From an uncultured Dehalococcoidia bacterium (lineage in GTDB: Bacteria > Chloroflexota > Dehalococcoidia > Lucifugimonadales > UBA3495): DNA of 64,000 nt. The stretch is from positions 1 through 64,000 of the forward strand of contig CATMOE010000011.1 of NCBI GenBank assembly GCA_950072105.1, read 5' to 3'. Each line of letters starts with the position of its first letter. Position 1 is the first letter of the stretch. Of this stretch, positions 39,301 to 50,725 are shown piece by piece. The notes under the pieces are model-generated. The model was not told the origin of the DNA, ran no database searches, and worked only from the letters and a program-made list of their open reading frames with translations. Both the position numbers and the translations under genes were made by a program.

Positions 39301-39658
39301 CCTTGACCTGGTTAGGGATCTGGGACAAGCGGGCTGCCCCCTCTATGCCACCGAGGGCACCGCGGCCATGATCTCCGCTTTGGGCATCCCGGTTACCGTG
39401 GCTAACAAAAGACTGGACGAAGGCCATCCCAACGTGGTGGACCTTATCACCAACGGTACCGTGGGAGCGGTGATAAACACCTTGTCGGGAGACACGTCGG
39501 TCATGCAGGACGGCTTCTTCATCCGCAGAGCCGCGGTAGAGCGCCAGATCCCTTGCTTCACCTCGCTGGACACGGCTAGGGCAGCGGTTGAAAGCCTCCT
39601 GATGGAGCGTAACACCTACAGCGTCTTACCCACCAAGGAGTACTTGGACGCTAAATAG
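36347..39658 (+). CDS. carB: Carbamoyl-phosphate synthase large subunit (probable ATT start)
   Basis: The conserved N-terminus [26 protein letters not shown] lies in frame upstream of the track's ATG at 36509; two ATP-grasp halves and an MGS domain. Confidence 0.95.
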   Translation: MSNSGKPGKVLVIGSGPIVIGQAAEFDYAGTQACKALREEGVTTVLVNSNPATIMTDDATADHVYIEPLTVDVLDRIIERERPDGILPTLGGQTGLNLAVALADAGVLDKYNVRLLGTPLDTIRRCEDRELFRDFLRDVGEPEPRGEIASTMEEARIIGRSVGLPLVVRPAYTLGGSGGGFANTWEEFEAIVESGLSTSPISQILLERSLAGWKEIEYEVMRDGADNCITICNMENIDPMGVHTGDSIVVAPSQTLTDKDYQMLRSASLKIIRGLGIEGGCNVQFALQPHKRVAQAIGLEPETDSPYYVIEVNPRVSRSSALASKATGYPIARVAAKIAVGKRLDEIPNAVTDKTKAAFEPALDYCVIKIPRWPFDKFPSGDRSVTTQMKATGEVMVIDRSFEAALQKAARSLELGGRTLLWEDPAWREGGAFSLDRLPLEPNDLRLWAIMAAIRRDVDSTALLERTYIDPWFISALTRIVAMERRLLSEPLSPDLLWRAKRLGFCDEQLGTLADMLPEQVRNLRLQWDIRPVYKTVDTCAAEFEAVTPYYYSTYDQENEAEPLPGPKAIVIGSGPIRIGQGIEFDYCSVHAARALSQSGVRSIMINSNPETVSTDFDSSDRLYFEPLDEEAVRDIIDNETVDDQPPPSVVQFGGQTAINLSQVLSAAGLPILGSSAEAIDTASDRYKFEEFLSRLGIPQPPGAAVTSVSEALQVAQNIGYPAVVRPSYVLGGRAMEIVQNASELIRYMTAAVQLAPEQPVLIDRYMEGKECEVDAICDGEQVLIPGVMEHIERAGVHSGDSMAMYPALNLTEEEVSTIVDYTTRIGLSLGIRGLMNIQFVILGGPPYRSPHLPVEAAAPTSVYVLEVNPRGSRTIPFISKVTGVPVATIATRVMLGESLASQGYKGGLWPRQNLVGIKAPVFSMGKLVGVDWHLSPEMKSTGEVMGVDRDFAGALTKALLAANLNLTKKMGVLLSIADQNKAEALDLVRDLGQAGCPLYATEGTAAMISALGIPVTVANKRLDEGHPNVVDLITNGTVGAVINTLSGDTSVMQDGFFIRRAAVERQIPCFTSLDTARAAVESLLMERNTYSVLPTKEYLDAK

Positions 39659-40612
39659 CTACCACTCCATCTCCGTTCCCAACCCCATCTCCGTGGCCTT
39701 ATCGTAGGCCAGCTTGGCCGCGGCTACGTCGGCCACCCCGGTGCCCATCATCTTGGCATAGATTATTTGGTTATGATTGTCCCGGCCCGTTACGGTACCG
39801 GCGACGGCATGGCGCAACTCCAATAGTTGACTCCACTGAAGCAATCCCCGGTCCACGCCGCTGGCCATGTCACCTGCCTCGTCACGGACCTGCTCGGCTG
39901 AGTCCACGAATAGCTTATCCGCCCGGACCAGCGTTGCGTCGTCTACCTCCCGGATCCGCCAAGTCGTGGGTCCGGCCCCGATCAGGGTGGTCCCCGTTGC
40001 CAGCCATTCCCCTTTAACCACCGGCTCCGTAGCCGCGGCGATGCAGATAACAATGTCGCTGCCTTCCACTACCTCCTGAGCCGCGGATGCCGCGGAAACC
40101 GCCACACCCAAGGAATCGGACATCGACTTGGCAAAGGCGTCCCGGTTCTCCGCGGTTCGGCTGAAGGCCTTGACGCTCATTATGTTCCTAACTTTGCTAA
40201 CCGCCTCTAACTGAGTGGGAGCTTGATACCCGGTGCCGATGATCCCCACGGTGGCGGCATCGGAATTGGACAGGTACTTCACCGCGACCGCCGTAGTGGC
40301 TCCGGTGCGCAGTTGGCCCAGGCGGTTGGCCTGCGTGTAGCACATGAGGCGGCCTGTGTCGGCGTCGTAAAGGCTCACTTGGAAAGAGTAGGTGCCCCGG
40401 ACCACGGTGTAGGTTTTAACACCCAAAACGCCGTCGTAGAAGAGTCCCCCGCCCATGACCGCCAACATCCCCCCGCCGGCGATTATCTTGCGCCGGGGCA
40501 AAATCATGGCCTCGCCTCGGCCAAAATGTCCCTGCATAGACTCGATAGCCGGCAACATGTCATCCATGGTGACGGCGCGTGAAACTTCTTCATCCCGTAA
40601 AAATAAGGCCAT
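39659..40612 (-). CDS. Ornithine cyclodeaminase/mu-crystallin family protein
   Basis: LRTGA, GIIGTGYQA, GTGVADVAAA. Confidence 0.9.
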   Translation of the reverse strand: MALFLRDEEVSRAVTMDDMLPAIESMQGHFGRGEAMILPRRKIIAGGGMLAVMGGGLFYDGVLGVKTYTVVRGTYSFQVSLYDADTGRLMCYTQANRLGQLRTGATTAVAVKYLSNSDAATVGIIGTGYQAPTQLEAVSKVRNIMSVKAFSRTAENRDAFAKSMSDSLGVAVSAASAAQEVVEGSDIVICIAAATEPVVKGEWLATGTTLIGAGPTTWRIREVDDATLVRADKLFVDSAEQVRDEAGDMASGVDRGLLQWSQLLELRHAVAGTVTGRDNHNQIIYAKMMGTGVADVAAAKLAYDKATEMGLGTEMEW

Positions 40613-40923
40613 ATCACATTCCTTTCAAGGGTCACCGCGCGGGATTATCGGCGCCGGCGACTCAATTGGCCGCTAGTTTACCCTGCATTCCGAGAACTGA
40701 CAACGTGACTGAACCAGCGGAGAACGCTACCGAAATCATTTTTACCGATGGAAACCTATTGACATAACTATACGGAATATTATATATCTATGATTCGCGA
40801 GTGGATGACGGATACAAAGTCTAAGGCTGCTGGGGTGTTAATTGGCCTGGGGACTTGACCACGTCGATATCCAGCTTCCGCCAAATCAGAGAGGGGAGTA
40901 TCTGAGAATCCTGCTGGGAGCGA

Positions 40924-41169
40924 TTACTTGCCGTCCCAAAACTCCCGGTTCTTGCGTATGTACTCCCGCCACTTGGAAGGGACGGTGAATTCGTCAAAGA
41001 TAGCGTTCACCGGACAGACCGACTCACAGTAGGAGCAGTCGATACAGGTTACCGGATCAATAAAGTACATATCGGTGGAATCGGTAGTTGCGATGCAATC
41101 TACAGGACACACTTCAAGACAGCTAGCGTCTTTGACTCCGATACATGGTTCGGTAATTATATAGGGCAT
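40924..41169 (-). CDS. Dicluster ferredoxin (FdxA-like)
   Basis: MPYIITEPCIGVKDASCLEVCPVDCI...CIDCSYCESVCPVNAIF. Confidence 0.92.
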   Translation of the reverse strand: MPYIITEPCIGVKDASCLEVCPVDCIATTDSTDMYFIDPVTCIDCSYCESVCPVNAIFDEFTVPSKWREYIRKNREFWDGK

Positions 41170-41334
41170 AATTCTGACACCAGAGGTTGGGTGATCCGGT
41201 TGACCTATGCGGCCGACGATATAGAAAAGTCAACCGCAAGGTTTATTCTCGATTCGGTTACACTATTTTGTCAAGCGATAACATATGATATATTATATTA
41301 AATTCCCAGTATGCTTGCTTGGGGGAGCACGCCT

Positions 41335-42282
41335 ATGGAACTGCGGGAATTAGTTAGCTTTTACCACGTAGCCCGCTTACGAAGTGTCTCAAGGGCCGCC
41401 AGGGCCTTGGAGTTGGGTCAGCCTACCGTTACTACCCACCTAAGGAAACTGGAGGCCGAATTCGGTATTACCCTCTTCGACCGGATCAAGAGGCCGATTC
41501 AGCTAACCTCCGAGGGCATCACGTTACTGGATCTGGTTACGCCGGTAGTTACCGCGGTTGACATTCTTAAAACCCAGATGGACTACTCGGAGCGGCTGGG
41601 CTCTTTCATGGTAGGCGCATACCAGGACCTGGTGATGCACCACCTGCCAAGGGGCATTCAGTTCTTCCGTTCCCAGTACCCGGATGTCCACATCAGACTC
41701 ATGGCCAGGGCCTATGCGCCATTGATTCAACTGGTAAAGTCCGGCGAACTTGACCTGGCTTTCTGCTCTCCGCCGCCATCCGACGAGCCGTCCCTGGAAT
41801 TTCAGGAACTGTTCGAATACAACGTGGTTCTGATGACGCCGCCGGGACATGCCCTATTGGAGCGTCATCCCATCCAGTTGCAAGACATAGCCGAGTGGCC
41901 GTTGATCCTAACCGGACCGGAAAGCTTGACCAGACAAAAAGTAGAGCAGTCCTTGAAAAGCCAGGGTATTACCTACGACGTCGTCCTGGCGATGGACGAT
42001 ACCGAATCCATCAAACGGTACGTCGAGATCGGCATGGGGCTGGCCATCTGTAGCGACTTCACTCTTCACGAAGAAGACCACTACAAACTAGGAGTGGTCC
42101 GCCTGGACCATATCTTCCAGACTTCAGTCATAGGGGTATGCACGTTAAAAGGGAAATTCCTGGGCCGCGCGGTGAGGAATTTCATCGACACTATGTCGGA
42201 CCAGATGCGCGGCTTCCACGCTGAGTTGTTGGACTGGGGCTATGAAACTCAGGAGACCGCGCCCTCTGGGGAAGCGGATTAA
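41335..42282 (+). CDS. LysR-family transcriptional regulator
   Basis: HTH SVSRAARALELGQPTVTTHLRKLEAEFGITLFDR; substrate-binding domain. Confidence 0.93.
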   Translation: MELRELVSFYHVARLRSVSRAARALELGQPTVTTHLRKLEAEFGITLFDRIKRPIQLTSEGITLLDLVTPVVTAVDILKTQMDYSERLGSFMVGAYQDLVMHHLPRGIQFFRSQYPDVHIRLMARAYAPLIQLVKSGELDLAFCSPPPSDEPSLEFQELFEYNVVLMTPPGHALLERHPIQLQDIAEWPLILTGPESLTRQKVEQSLKSQGITYDVVLAMDDTESIKRYVEIGMGLAICSDFTLHEEDHYKLGVVRLDHIFQTSVIGVCTLKGKFLGRAVRNFIDTMSDQMRGFHAELLDWGYETQETAPSGEAD

Positions 42283-42306
42283 TCACCAACCGGCCAAAGG
42301 CGCCCA

Positions 42307-42537
42307 CTAACTGCCGCTGGTTACCGCATCTCCGAAATCCAGCGGCTCCCGAGTCCTTGGAATGATTTCCTTGACCCGCCGCTCCATCAACGACCTGGCC
42401 AACATTACGCGGCGGTGGCATTGCTGGCAGGTGATGCCGATGTCCGCCCCTAGCCGGGTCACCAGCCACAGGTGATTGCCACAGGGATGGGGCTTCTTCA
42501 TCCGCACCACGTCTCCCACCTTTAGGTCTAATGCCAT
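42307..42537 (-). CDS. DUF951-family small Zn-ribbon protein
   Basis: GDVVRMKKPHPCG...GADIGITCQQCHRRVML. Confidence 0.85.
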   Translation of the reverse strand: MALDLKVGDVVRMKKPHPCGNHLWLVTRLGADIGITCQQCHRRVMLARSLMERRVKEIIPRTREPLDFGDAVTSGS

Positions 42538-43364
42538 CCCTTTCCCTCGGCCTCCAGGATCCGGTTGATAGAGTCCCGCAGGCCTACTGCTTCACGGGCA
42601 GCGACTTGAGCGAAATCAGGACCGCTGGAAGCGTAGATAATCCCCCGCGACGAGTTTATCAATGCCCTCCGCCCTCGTTCATCCGTGCCCAAACGAACGG
42701 CCTCCTCCAGGTCCCCGCCCTGGGCGCCAACCCCCGGTATCAGCAAGGGCATGTCCGGGCAGATGCGGCGGACATCGGCTAACTGCTGCGGGTTCGTGGC
42801 TCCCATCACCAGACCCACGTTGCTCTTATCGTTCCAAGACACGGCAGCCCGGGCCAGATGGCTATACAGCGGCCCCACTCCCTCCGGTCCGTCCACGGTT
42901 AGGTCTTGTAGATCGGCCGAGCCGGGATTAGAGCCTCGGCACCATATGAACACTCCCCGGTCCGGATCTTCTAAAAAGGGAGCTACGGTGTCGTGTCCGC
43001 CCCAGGCATTTACGGTTACTATGTCAAAGTCCCACACTTGGAACATGGCTCGGGCGTAGGCCGCGCCGCTGGCTCCGATATCGCCCCTTTTTGCGTCGCC
43101 GATGATAACAGCCAGGGGCGCGTTCCGGCGGATGTACTCCACGGTCCCTTCCAGGGCCTTCAATCCGGGTAACCCCAGCGCCTCGTAGAAGGCCAAGTTG
43201 GGCTTGTAGGCGCATACCAGGCCGGCGGTGGCATCGACGATAGCTCGATTGAATTCCAAGGGGTCGGCGACCGGCATTCGCTCCGGGTCAACGTCCAAGC
43301 CGACGCATAACAAAGACCGGTTAGCCTCGCACGATTGGTCCAGACGGTCGAGAAAGTTTGTCAT
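42528..43364 (-). CDS. pyrF: Orotidine-5'-phosphate decarboxylase
   Basis: LCVGLD, KPNLAFYE, DAKRGDIG, PGVGAQGG, NSSRGIIYA. Confidence 0.95.
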   Translation of the reverse strand: MTNFLDRLDQSCEANRSLLCVGLDVDPERMPVADPLEFNRAIVDATAGLVCAYKPNLAFYEALGLPGLKALEGTVEYIRRNAPLAVIIGDAKRGDIGASGAAYARAMFQVWDFDIVTVNAWGGHDTVAPFLEDPDRGVFIWCRGSNPGSADLQDLTVDGPEGVGPLYSHLARAAVSWNDKSNVGLVMGATNPQQLADVRRICPDMPLLIPGVGAQGGDLEEAVRLGTDERGRRALINSSRGIIYASSGPDFAQVAAREAVGLRDSINRILEAEGKGWH

Positions 43365-43457
43365 AACCCGGATCCAGCACCTCTAGCGGCAGATCAGGCC
43401 GACATGCGGCCCGCTGCCGATATTATAGACCCGCCGTTCCGGTCGGGCACCTACTCA

Positions 43458-44690
43458 TCACGGACAATCGTCATCGCCTTTCGCGAGACAGAACTGGTCG
43501 AAACGCACCTGCTCGTCGCGCAGATACTCTTTACTGTTTAGGCTCCGATAGATACCCCACTTGGGACGCACAAACTCGGCTCCGACCCGCCACAGATCTA
43601 TATCTGGATCGTCGTAGACCAGCAGCAAGTCCCCCGTGCTCAGATTCCTGATCTCAAGGAAGTAACTTCCCTGATGGCCAAAGGTCACTCGCTCATAGAC
43701 TTCCACCCACACGCCCGTCAATGGTTTCAAGGAGACCTTGATTAGAACGGTACGATCATCATCGGAATCTCTTAGAGAGAGTTCCATCGTGTCGGGAGTT
43801 CCGGCCCGCGGAGTCAGCGTGATAAGTGGCGATGCGTCATCTCCTCCAACGGCCTTGAGCTGGTGGAGATGAGTGAAATTGGTTGAGGGCTGAAACCCGG
43901 CACCCAGTTTGAATCTCCAGCGATAGGTAGTGGTGTCGCCGAGAAAGCCTTTCAGATAAGGCGGCGATTTATCGTAGGTCTTGATCTCGTTTCTTTGACG
44001 GTCGAAGGTCTTGCACCGGTCGTTGTCAGGTTCGACGTGGATATGAAAGACGAAACTGTGCTTCCCCAGTCCGTCATCCCATTCCTGGGTGATGTGTGGG
44101 CCGAAGTCAGGGTGAGCGCAATCAGGGATTTCAATGGGGTTTCCTCCCAGAACGCCGGAGATCAGTGCATAGGTCTCCGTCACACCATCCGCAACTAGAT
44201 GTACTGCCTGGCCGGTGCCCCTGATGGGCGTGGGAAGTGGCGCTGATGTAGCCGTTGGGCCTGGGAAGGCCGTTGGTTGTGCGGTAGGCGTTGGGCTTGG
44301 AATAGGAGTTAACGTAGGTGTAGGCATGGACGTAGGCGCGGGGGCGGGGACGGGGGTAGGCTTGAGCGTAGGCTCGGGAGTGAGTGCCGGAGTCGGTGTG
44401 GGTATTAAGGTCGAAACGGGTATCGCCGTGGGAGTTGGGATAGGAGCCGGTGTCGCGGAAGGACCGGCGGCCGGTGTCGGCGTTGGAGCAGCGGTGGGAA
44501 CGGGCACAAGACTGGGTACTGATCGTAGAGTTGCGACAGGCGTGGGAAGCGATGTAGACGTCGCCGTACTTGCCGGCGATTCTATTCTAGTGATAGCCGG
44601 CGAGGGTCTCACAACCTCCTGTCCAACGCACGCGATCAGGAAAATCCCGGCCGCCGCGAAAGGCCAGCAGGCCAGACGATCTAAACGCAC
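43458..44690 (-). CDS. Lipoprotein with Pro/Thr-rich stalk and polysaccharide-lyase-like domain
   Basis: FLIAC lipobox; PT repeats; RQRNEIK, FTHLHQLKA, RPKWGIYRS resemble beta-jelly-roll lyase motifs. Confidence 0.7.
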   Translation of the reverse strand: MRLDRLACWPFAAAGIFLIACVGQEVVRPSPAITRIESPASTATSTSLPTPVATLRSVPSLVPVPTAAPTPTPAAGPSATPAPIPTPTAIPVSTLIPTPTPALTPEPTLKPTPVPAPAPTSMPTPTLTPIPSPTPTAQPTAFPGPTATSAPLPTPIRGTGQAVHLVADGVTETYALISGVLGGNPIEIPDCAHPDFGPHITQEWDDGLGKHSFVFHIHVEPDNDRCKTFDRQRNEIKTYDKSPPYLKGFLGDTTTYRWRFKLGAGFQPSTNFTHLHQLKAVGGDDASPLITLTPRAGTPDTMELSLRDSDDDRTVLIKVSLKPLTGVWVEVYERVTFGHQGSYFLEIRNLSTGDLLLVYDDPDIDLWRVGAEFVRPKWGIYRSLNSKEYLRDEQVRFDQFCLAKGDDDCP

Positions 44691-44891
44691 TCGACAGCCT
44701 CAAAAATGATCATTGGAGGTATTCTGGCACTCCTAGTTCCTTATCCATGATTACGGAACCCGAACGATTCCTCTGTGAGAATTCAGGCCTGTTGCTGGCC
44801 TAATCGGAGATTGGTAACATTGTATCCAATCTATAATCCGTCCGCCCAGGGTGCCCGTGCACAAGAGGGGGCGGTGGATTCGAGGCCGTTT

Positions 44892-45581
44892 ATGCAGCTT
44901 GGTCCCGGCCTGGTGGAGGGCCGCTTCCTAATTCGGCTAAACCGGTTCGCGGCTCTGGTGGAGGTTGACGGTGAGCAGGTTATGGTGCATGTCGCCAACT
45001 CCGGGCGGATGCACGAGCTTTTTGTGCCGGGATTCCGGGTGCTCTTAAAACCCCAACCCGGTGAGCACCGCAAAACCAAATTCGATCTAGCTTTGGTGGA
45101 CCTGGGTTTCTCGATGTGCTCCGCCGATTCCCGGCTACCCAATGCCCTGATGGCGGAGGCCCTTGAGTTGGGACGCCTGCCCCAGTTTGTTGATTATCCT
45201 AACGTTCGGCGTGAAGTCACATTCGGTGAGAGCCGTCTCGACTTGATGCTGGACGGTCCGGCCGGTAAATGGTATGTGGAAACCAAGTCGGTAACTTTGG
45301 TGGTCAATGGTGTGGGACTGTTCCCGGATTCGCCCACCATTCGAGGAGCCAAGCACATGAGAAGCCTGGAACAGGCCGTGGCGGTGGGTCACCGGGCGGC
45401 GGCGGTTTTCGTGATACAGCGTGAGGACGCTCGGGCTTTCGCCCCACACGAAACGGCCGACCCGGAGTTCTGCCAGGCGTTCCGCCAGGCCTTGTCTGTT
45501 GGAGTGGAGGCATTTGCCTACAACTGCCGGGTGACCGAAGATTCCATCGAGTTAGCCAACTTGTTGCCCTTTGAGATGTGA
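44892..45581 (+). CDS. sfsA: DNA/RNA nuclease SfsA
   Basis: RLNRF, HVANSGRM, SRLD, ETKSVTL, FPDSPTIRGAKH. Confidence 0.93.
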   Translation: MQLGPGLVEGRFLIRLNRFAALVEVDGEQVMVHVANSGRMHELFVPGFRVLLKPQPGEHRKTKFDLALVDLGFSMCSADSRLPNALMAEALELGRLPQFVDYPNVRREVTFGESRLDLMLDGPAGKWYVETKSVTLVVNGVGLFPDSPTIRGAKHMRSLEQAVAVGHRAAAVFVIQREDARAFAPHETADPEFCQAFRQALSVGVEAFAYNCRVTEDSIELANLLPFEM

Positions 45582-46327
45582 TTCCTATGGCCGCACGAAG
45601 ACGGACCAAGAAACTCAAGTCACCGGCTCAGACGTCATCGGATCCAGCAGACTTACCCGCCATATTGTTGGAGGTCCATCGACGCCTGTACCAAAGTTAC
45701 GGTCCCCAGGGATGGTGGCCCGGCGACGGTCCGGCGGACGTGATAATCGGGGCCATCTTGACCCAGGCCGCGGCTTGGACCAACGTGGAGATGGCCATCG
45801 CCAATCTCAAAGAGGCCGGTTGCTGGTCTCTGGAAGCTATAGATAGCCAACCGGAAGAAGTGCTGGCCGAGATCATACGCCCGTCTGGGTATTTCAACGC
45901 CAAAGCTCGAAAACTCAAAGCCTTCGCCCGCCACCTTCAACTCAACCACGACGGCGATCTGAACAAGATGTTGTCCCAGGAGACCGCCGCTCTGCGCGAC
46001 GAGTTGCTGTCAATTCACGGCATCGGACCGGAAACCGCCGACGACATCGTCCTCTACGCCGCCGGGAAACCCTCTTTCGTAATCGACAGCTACACCCACA
46101 GGATTGTGCAACGTCTGGGCATCGCCGGTGAAGAGCAGACCAAAAGCTACGACGGCTGCCAAGCTTTCTTTCACGACAATCTGCCCGCCGATGCTCCGCT
46201 ATTCAACGAATACCACGCCTTGCTGGACCGCCACGCCAAAGAGGCCTGCGCCAAAACGCCCCGCTGCCACGGCTGCTGCCTGCTAGACCTATGCGACACC
46301 GGAAAACGGGCCCTGCCGGCCGATTGA
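45578..46327 (+). CDS. HhH-GPD endonuclease III-related protein
   Basis: GPQGWWP, GAILTQ, GIGPETAD, C-x6-C-x2-C-x5-C Fe-S motif. Confidence 0.9.
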   Translation: MIPMAARRRTKKLKSPAQTSSDPADLPAILLEVHRRLYQSYGPQGWWPGDGPADVIIGAILTQAAAWTNVEMAIANLKEAGCWSLEAIDSQPEEVLAEIIRPSGYFNAKARKLKAFARHLQLNHDGDLNKMLSQETAALRDELLSIHGIGPETADDIVLYAAGKPSFVIDSYTHRIVQRLGIAGEEQTKSYDGCQAFFHDNLPADAPLFNEYHALLDRHAKEACAKTPRCHGCCLLDLCDTGKRALPAD

Positions 46328-46507
46328 CCAGCACTTTGGCGCTCCTGTTTGCTGTGGCAATCATGGCCATTTTTGGAGACGGCTTACTGATGACGTTCCG
46401 TCATTACGCGATCGATCTCCCGCTGGACTTCCCGTGACCTCCAACGTAACATTCCACCATAGTCAAGCACGGAGCCTCAAACCATCGGACTCCCTGAAGC
46501 TAAAAGC

Positions 46508-49503
46508 ATGGTAAACTCTCGATCCACACAACCCATCGGTAGCGTTTTCGTTGGCCGCCAACGGGAGTTGGCGGAGCTTACCGCTGCCCTCGATGATGCC
46601 CTGTCCGGCCAGGGGCGTCTGGTCATGCTGGTGGGGGAACCCGGCATCGGCAAGACCCCACCGCCCAGGAGCTAGCATCCTACGCCGAGAATCGTGGCGT
46701 GCGGATATTCTGGGGCCGGTGCTACGAAGACGAAGGGACACCGCCTTACTGGCCCTGGGTGCAGGCCATTCGGTCGTACGTCCAACAGGCCAGTGCGGAA
46801 CAACTTATCTCGGAAATCGGCCGGGGCGCAGCGGTGATCGCCGATGTCGTTCCCGAAATACATGACAAGATCACGGACCTCAAGGCTTCACCGGCACTGC
46901 AGCCTGAGGCGGCCCGCTTCCGGCTCTTCAATTCAATATCTACTTTCCTGAAGAACGTTTCCCAAAGTCAGCCCCTCATGCTAGTGCTCGACGACCTACA
47001 TTGGGCTGACCAGTCTTCCCTGAGATTACTGGAGTTCCTGGCCCGCGAATTGGGTGATTCCCGATTTTTGCTGGTGGGCTGCTATCGTGACACCGAGCTT
47101 TCACGGCAGCATACCCTGGCGGACACGCTGGCCCGGTTGTCTAGAGAACCGGTCTTTAGCCGCCAAGTGCTCCGCGGCTTGGGCCAAGATGAGCTTGGAC
47201 AGCTCATCGAAGCCACTACCGGCGTCCAGCTTTCCCAGGAGTTGACCGGCACGCTTTATGCCCACACTGAAGGCAATCCCTTTTTCATGACCGAAGTCAT
47301 CAGGCTGCTTTCGGAAAGTGGGAAATTGACCGCCGAACACATCGGCACACCCGAAGGAGTGAGAGTCCCCGCGAGTGTCCGAGAAGTAATTGGGCAGCGT
47401 CTCAATCGGCTGTCTGATCTATGTAATCAGGTATTGACTACGGCTTCAATCATCGGAAGGGAGTTTGAGTTTAAGCTGCTCAGTAACTTGATCGAGGACA
47501 TCACTGAAGACCGAGTCTTGGAGGCCGTGGAGGAGGCCCTCGCCTCCCGGATAATAGAAGAGCCGTCGGGTACGATCGACCGCTACCAGTTCAGCCACGC
47601 CTTGATTCAAGAAACTCTAGCGCAGGAGATATCCACCACCCGCCGGGTGCGGCTGCACGCACGCATCGCCGATGCATTGGAAGGGCTTTACGGCGATGAA
47701 GCGGAGGCCCACGCTGCTGAGCTGGCCCACCATTACAACGAGGCCCAGGCATCAACCGGTTACACCAAACTGGTGCGCTACTCCCTCCTGGCGGGCGATC
47801 AGGCGCTGGCCTCCCATGCCTGGGGGGAGGCAATCACCCATTTTGAAAGGGGTTTAGTTGCCCGGAGCATAGCCCTCTCCGGAACGGAAACAGCGTCCGA
47901 TGCAGAGGGCGCGGCCCTGCTGTTCGGATTGGCGCGGGCCCAGAACGCCACAGCGGAGCGGCATCAGCTTTCGGATGTTGTCGTTATTTTAAGCCGCGCC
48001 TTTGAGTATTATGCCGAAGCGGCGAATGTCAGCCAAGCGGTGGCTGTCGCAGCGTTCCCGATTACAGGTGTAGCGTGGTTAATCCCAGGTCGATATGAGC
48101 TCATTGCTCGTGCCCTGACTCTGGTCCCGGCCGATTCCCACGAGGCCGGGCTCCTCCTCTCGCTTTACGGTGGGATCCTTGGGTCTAGTGCTGACTACGA
48201 AGGCGCTCAACAGGCCTTGGACAAAGCGCTATCCATCGCCAGGCGAGAGAAGGACGTACCTTTGGAGGTGGAGACCCTGGGGCTTGTGTCTGGTTTGAAC
48301 TTCCAACACCTCCACTGGCAAGAGAGCGTAGACGATGGGCTCCGCGCCATCGAACTGGCCGATGGTGATGAATACACCTTTTCTGATCGCTTCAGGGTCG
48401 TGGACACTTTGCTTCGCATGGGCGACCTTGATGCGGCCCGTCCTCATGCTGTGGAATACATGCGGCGCCGAACGGAGGAGCGGGGGACCTCACGGAGGAG
48501 TGTTAGTCTCGGATTGACACCAATAACGTATCTGTCGTCCTTGGAGGGCGACTGGAGAGCAGCCCGGGAATATAGCGAACGGGGCCTGGAATTATTACCC
48601 ACAAATACACAACTCCTATTTCCCCGGATGATGTTGGAGTATGAGACGGGGGAGAGCGCCCAAGGAGAAGTGTACCTAGAGCGGCTTCTCGATACGACCG
48701 GGCGGACGGGGCCAGACCGGGTGTTCGGGTTGGTAAGGGTGGCCATGGGGATACCAGCAGTAACCCGCATCACCGGTATATCCGGCCGCTTGGATTTGGC
48801 CAAGGAAATGGACGAGGCAGTTATCTCAAATCAATCGGTTCCCCCCGTTTACGCCATGCAGGCCAAAGTTGACTTGGCTCTGCTGGCCGTGCAGCAGGCC
48901 GACCAATCTGCGGCGGCAGAGCATTATTCTTACCATTTAGGGCAGCGAGGCACGATGATACCAAACGTGTCATCAATCGACCGCCTCCTCGGCCTCCTAT
49001 CTCGGACTATGTGCAACTTGGACCAATCGGTCAGCCATTTCGAGGACGCGCTGGCTTTTTGCCGCAAAGCAGGCTATCGGCCCGAACTGGCCTGGGCTTG
49101 CTGTGACTATTCGGATGGGCTCTTCGAGCGAAACGACATGGAAGACCACGCCAAGTCTATGGCCCTGTTGGATGAATCTTTGGCCATCTCCGCCGACCTG
49201 GGTATGCGCCCCCTGACCAAGCGGGTGAACGAACGCCTGGAACTGCTTCGGTCCCAGCCAAATGCCGCGCCAGCCTATCCCGGCGGCCTCACTGAACGAG
49301 AGGTGGAGGTGCTGCAGCTCCTCGCCTCAGGCAAGACTAATTCGGAGATAGCCGAAGAGCTGATTATAGCCGAAGCCACATCGCGAAGGCACGTAGCCAA
49401 TATCTACGAAAAGATCGGCGCCTCCAACCGAGCCGAAGCGACTAGGTACGCCATTAGGGAAGGGATCCTGCCAGCGGAAGACAACCTAATCTCACCAGCC
49501 TAA
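46508..49503 (+). pseudogene. AAA-ATPase/TPR/LuxR large regulator with a frameshift just after Walker A
   Basis: MVNSRS...FVGRQRE...GEPGIGKT in one frame (stop at 46675); TAQELASYAE...LDDLHWAD...GNPFF and the LuxR HTH LTEREVEVL in the next frame; one base missing near 46658. Confidence 0.82.
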
Positions 49504-49770
49504 GAGAACGGCCTTTCGATCCCATCTGCTTCGGGGCGTCCCAATTCACCCCGCATTCATCCCATACATCCTTCCGCCGCATGTGGCTGACATAGCGGTG
49601 CCCCATATCCCCTACACATTTCGGTCCATGCGGTCCGCCACGTCCCCGATTTGCCCCCTTTTACATCTGGTCAATTTAGTCGATGCGGGACTTTCTGGCC
49701 CGGCCTACCATGCGTCTGACACAAGAAAAACGCATGAAAGCCATCGTAGCGCCCACACATCGAATCAGCC

Positions 49771-50532
49771 TTGCCCCAAAGTGACATGTCGAAGTCTTTA
49801 GCATCACGATTCAGGGATAATCCACGTAGAGCCGGTGATCCCGTGCTTGATCGGTTAGATCTCGAGGTAGGTTCCAACACTTCTGTCCTGGATGTGGGAG
49901 ACCACGAAGGAAGATATGCCCTTCCTTTGGCTTTGCGTACTCGTTGGGTGACGGTAGTGGAGCCATCAGCGGCATTGGGAGACTTACTTTCTACAGAGGC
50001 AAAGGAAGCGAATATCAACAACATCTCAATCGTAAATGGCCTTTGGGAGGAAGTCGAGGTTGATCCGGCGCAGGTAGTTCTCTGCGCCAAGGTAGTCTGT
50101 GGCGTAGCGGCCTTAGCGACTTTCGTAATAAAGCTAGAATCCCACGCCACGGACCGGGTCCTGATTCTAGCGGACATGGAGTCGCCTCAGGCGATCTTCT
50201 CTCCTTTGTGGGAAGCCGTACATGAGGAAAAGCAAGTTAATTCCCCGGCAATCCCAGAAATCTTGGGAGTCTTGTGGGAATCGGGCATTTACCCTGACTC
50301 GGAGATGTTTGAGCCGACCGTCGGCGAGACCGCCCCTAACCGTGAGGCCGCATTGCCAATGCTTCGGCAGATGTTTCACGTTCTGGCGGACACGGAGAAA
50401 GACCAGCGCCTTCAGGCGATTATGGATGAGTTAGTTGTCCAAACACCCGATGGCCTGGCTATCAAAGGAGCAGGACTACGGCGCCAGGGTCTTATTTCGT
50501 GGCGGCCCGGGAAGAGTGAACCCGCGAAATGA
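49771..50532 (+). pseudogene. Class I SAM-methyltransferase-like gene, apparently degenerate
   Basis: VLDVGDHEGRYALPLA (glycine-rich motif I eroded), VTVVEPS; no convincing start or SD. Confidence 0.5.
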
Positions 50533-50725
50533 TGGGGTTTCTGACCGATTCGTTCCAGTCCCAAAGGTGTCGAGTCCCAAATACAATCCGCTAGAACCAT
50601 CGCCGTTTTTGACCGTACTGATCCCACACTGTATATACCGTGCTGAAAGGATGCAATTTCGTAACATATCGCCGGAACACGAACATAATTCCCTATCTAT
50701 CCGTAAAAACGTTGGAGGTAAAACC

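Noticed and set aside
40759..40790. TTGACA plus AT-rich tract suggesting an antisense or sRNA promoter
   Set aside because: No good -10 at 17-bp spacing and no terminator or ORF downstream.
49667..50552. Two TGG-N11-CGATNCG-like motifs (49667, 50532) as possible LuxR-ATPase operator sites
   Set aside because: Similarity between the two copies is too weak to distinguish from chance by eye.
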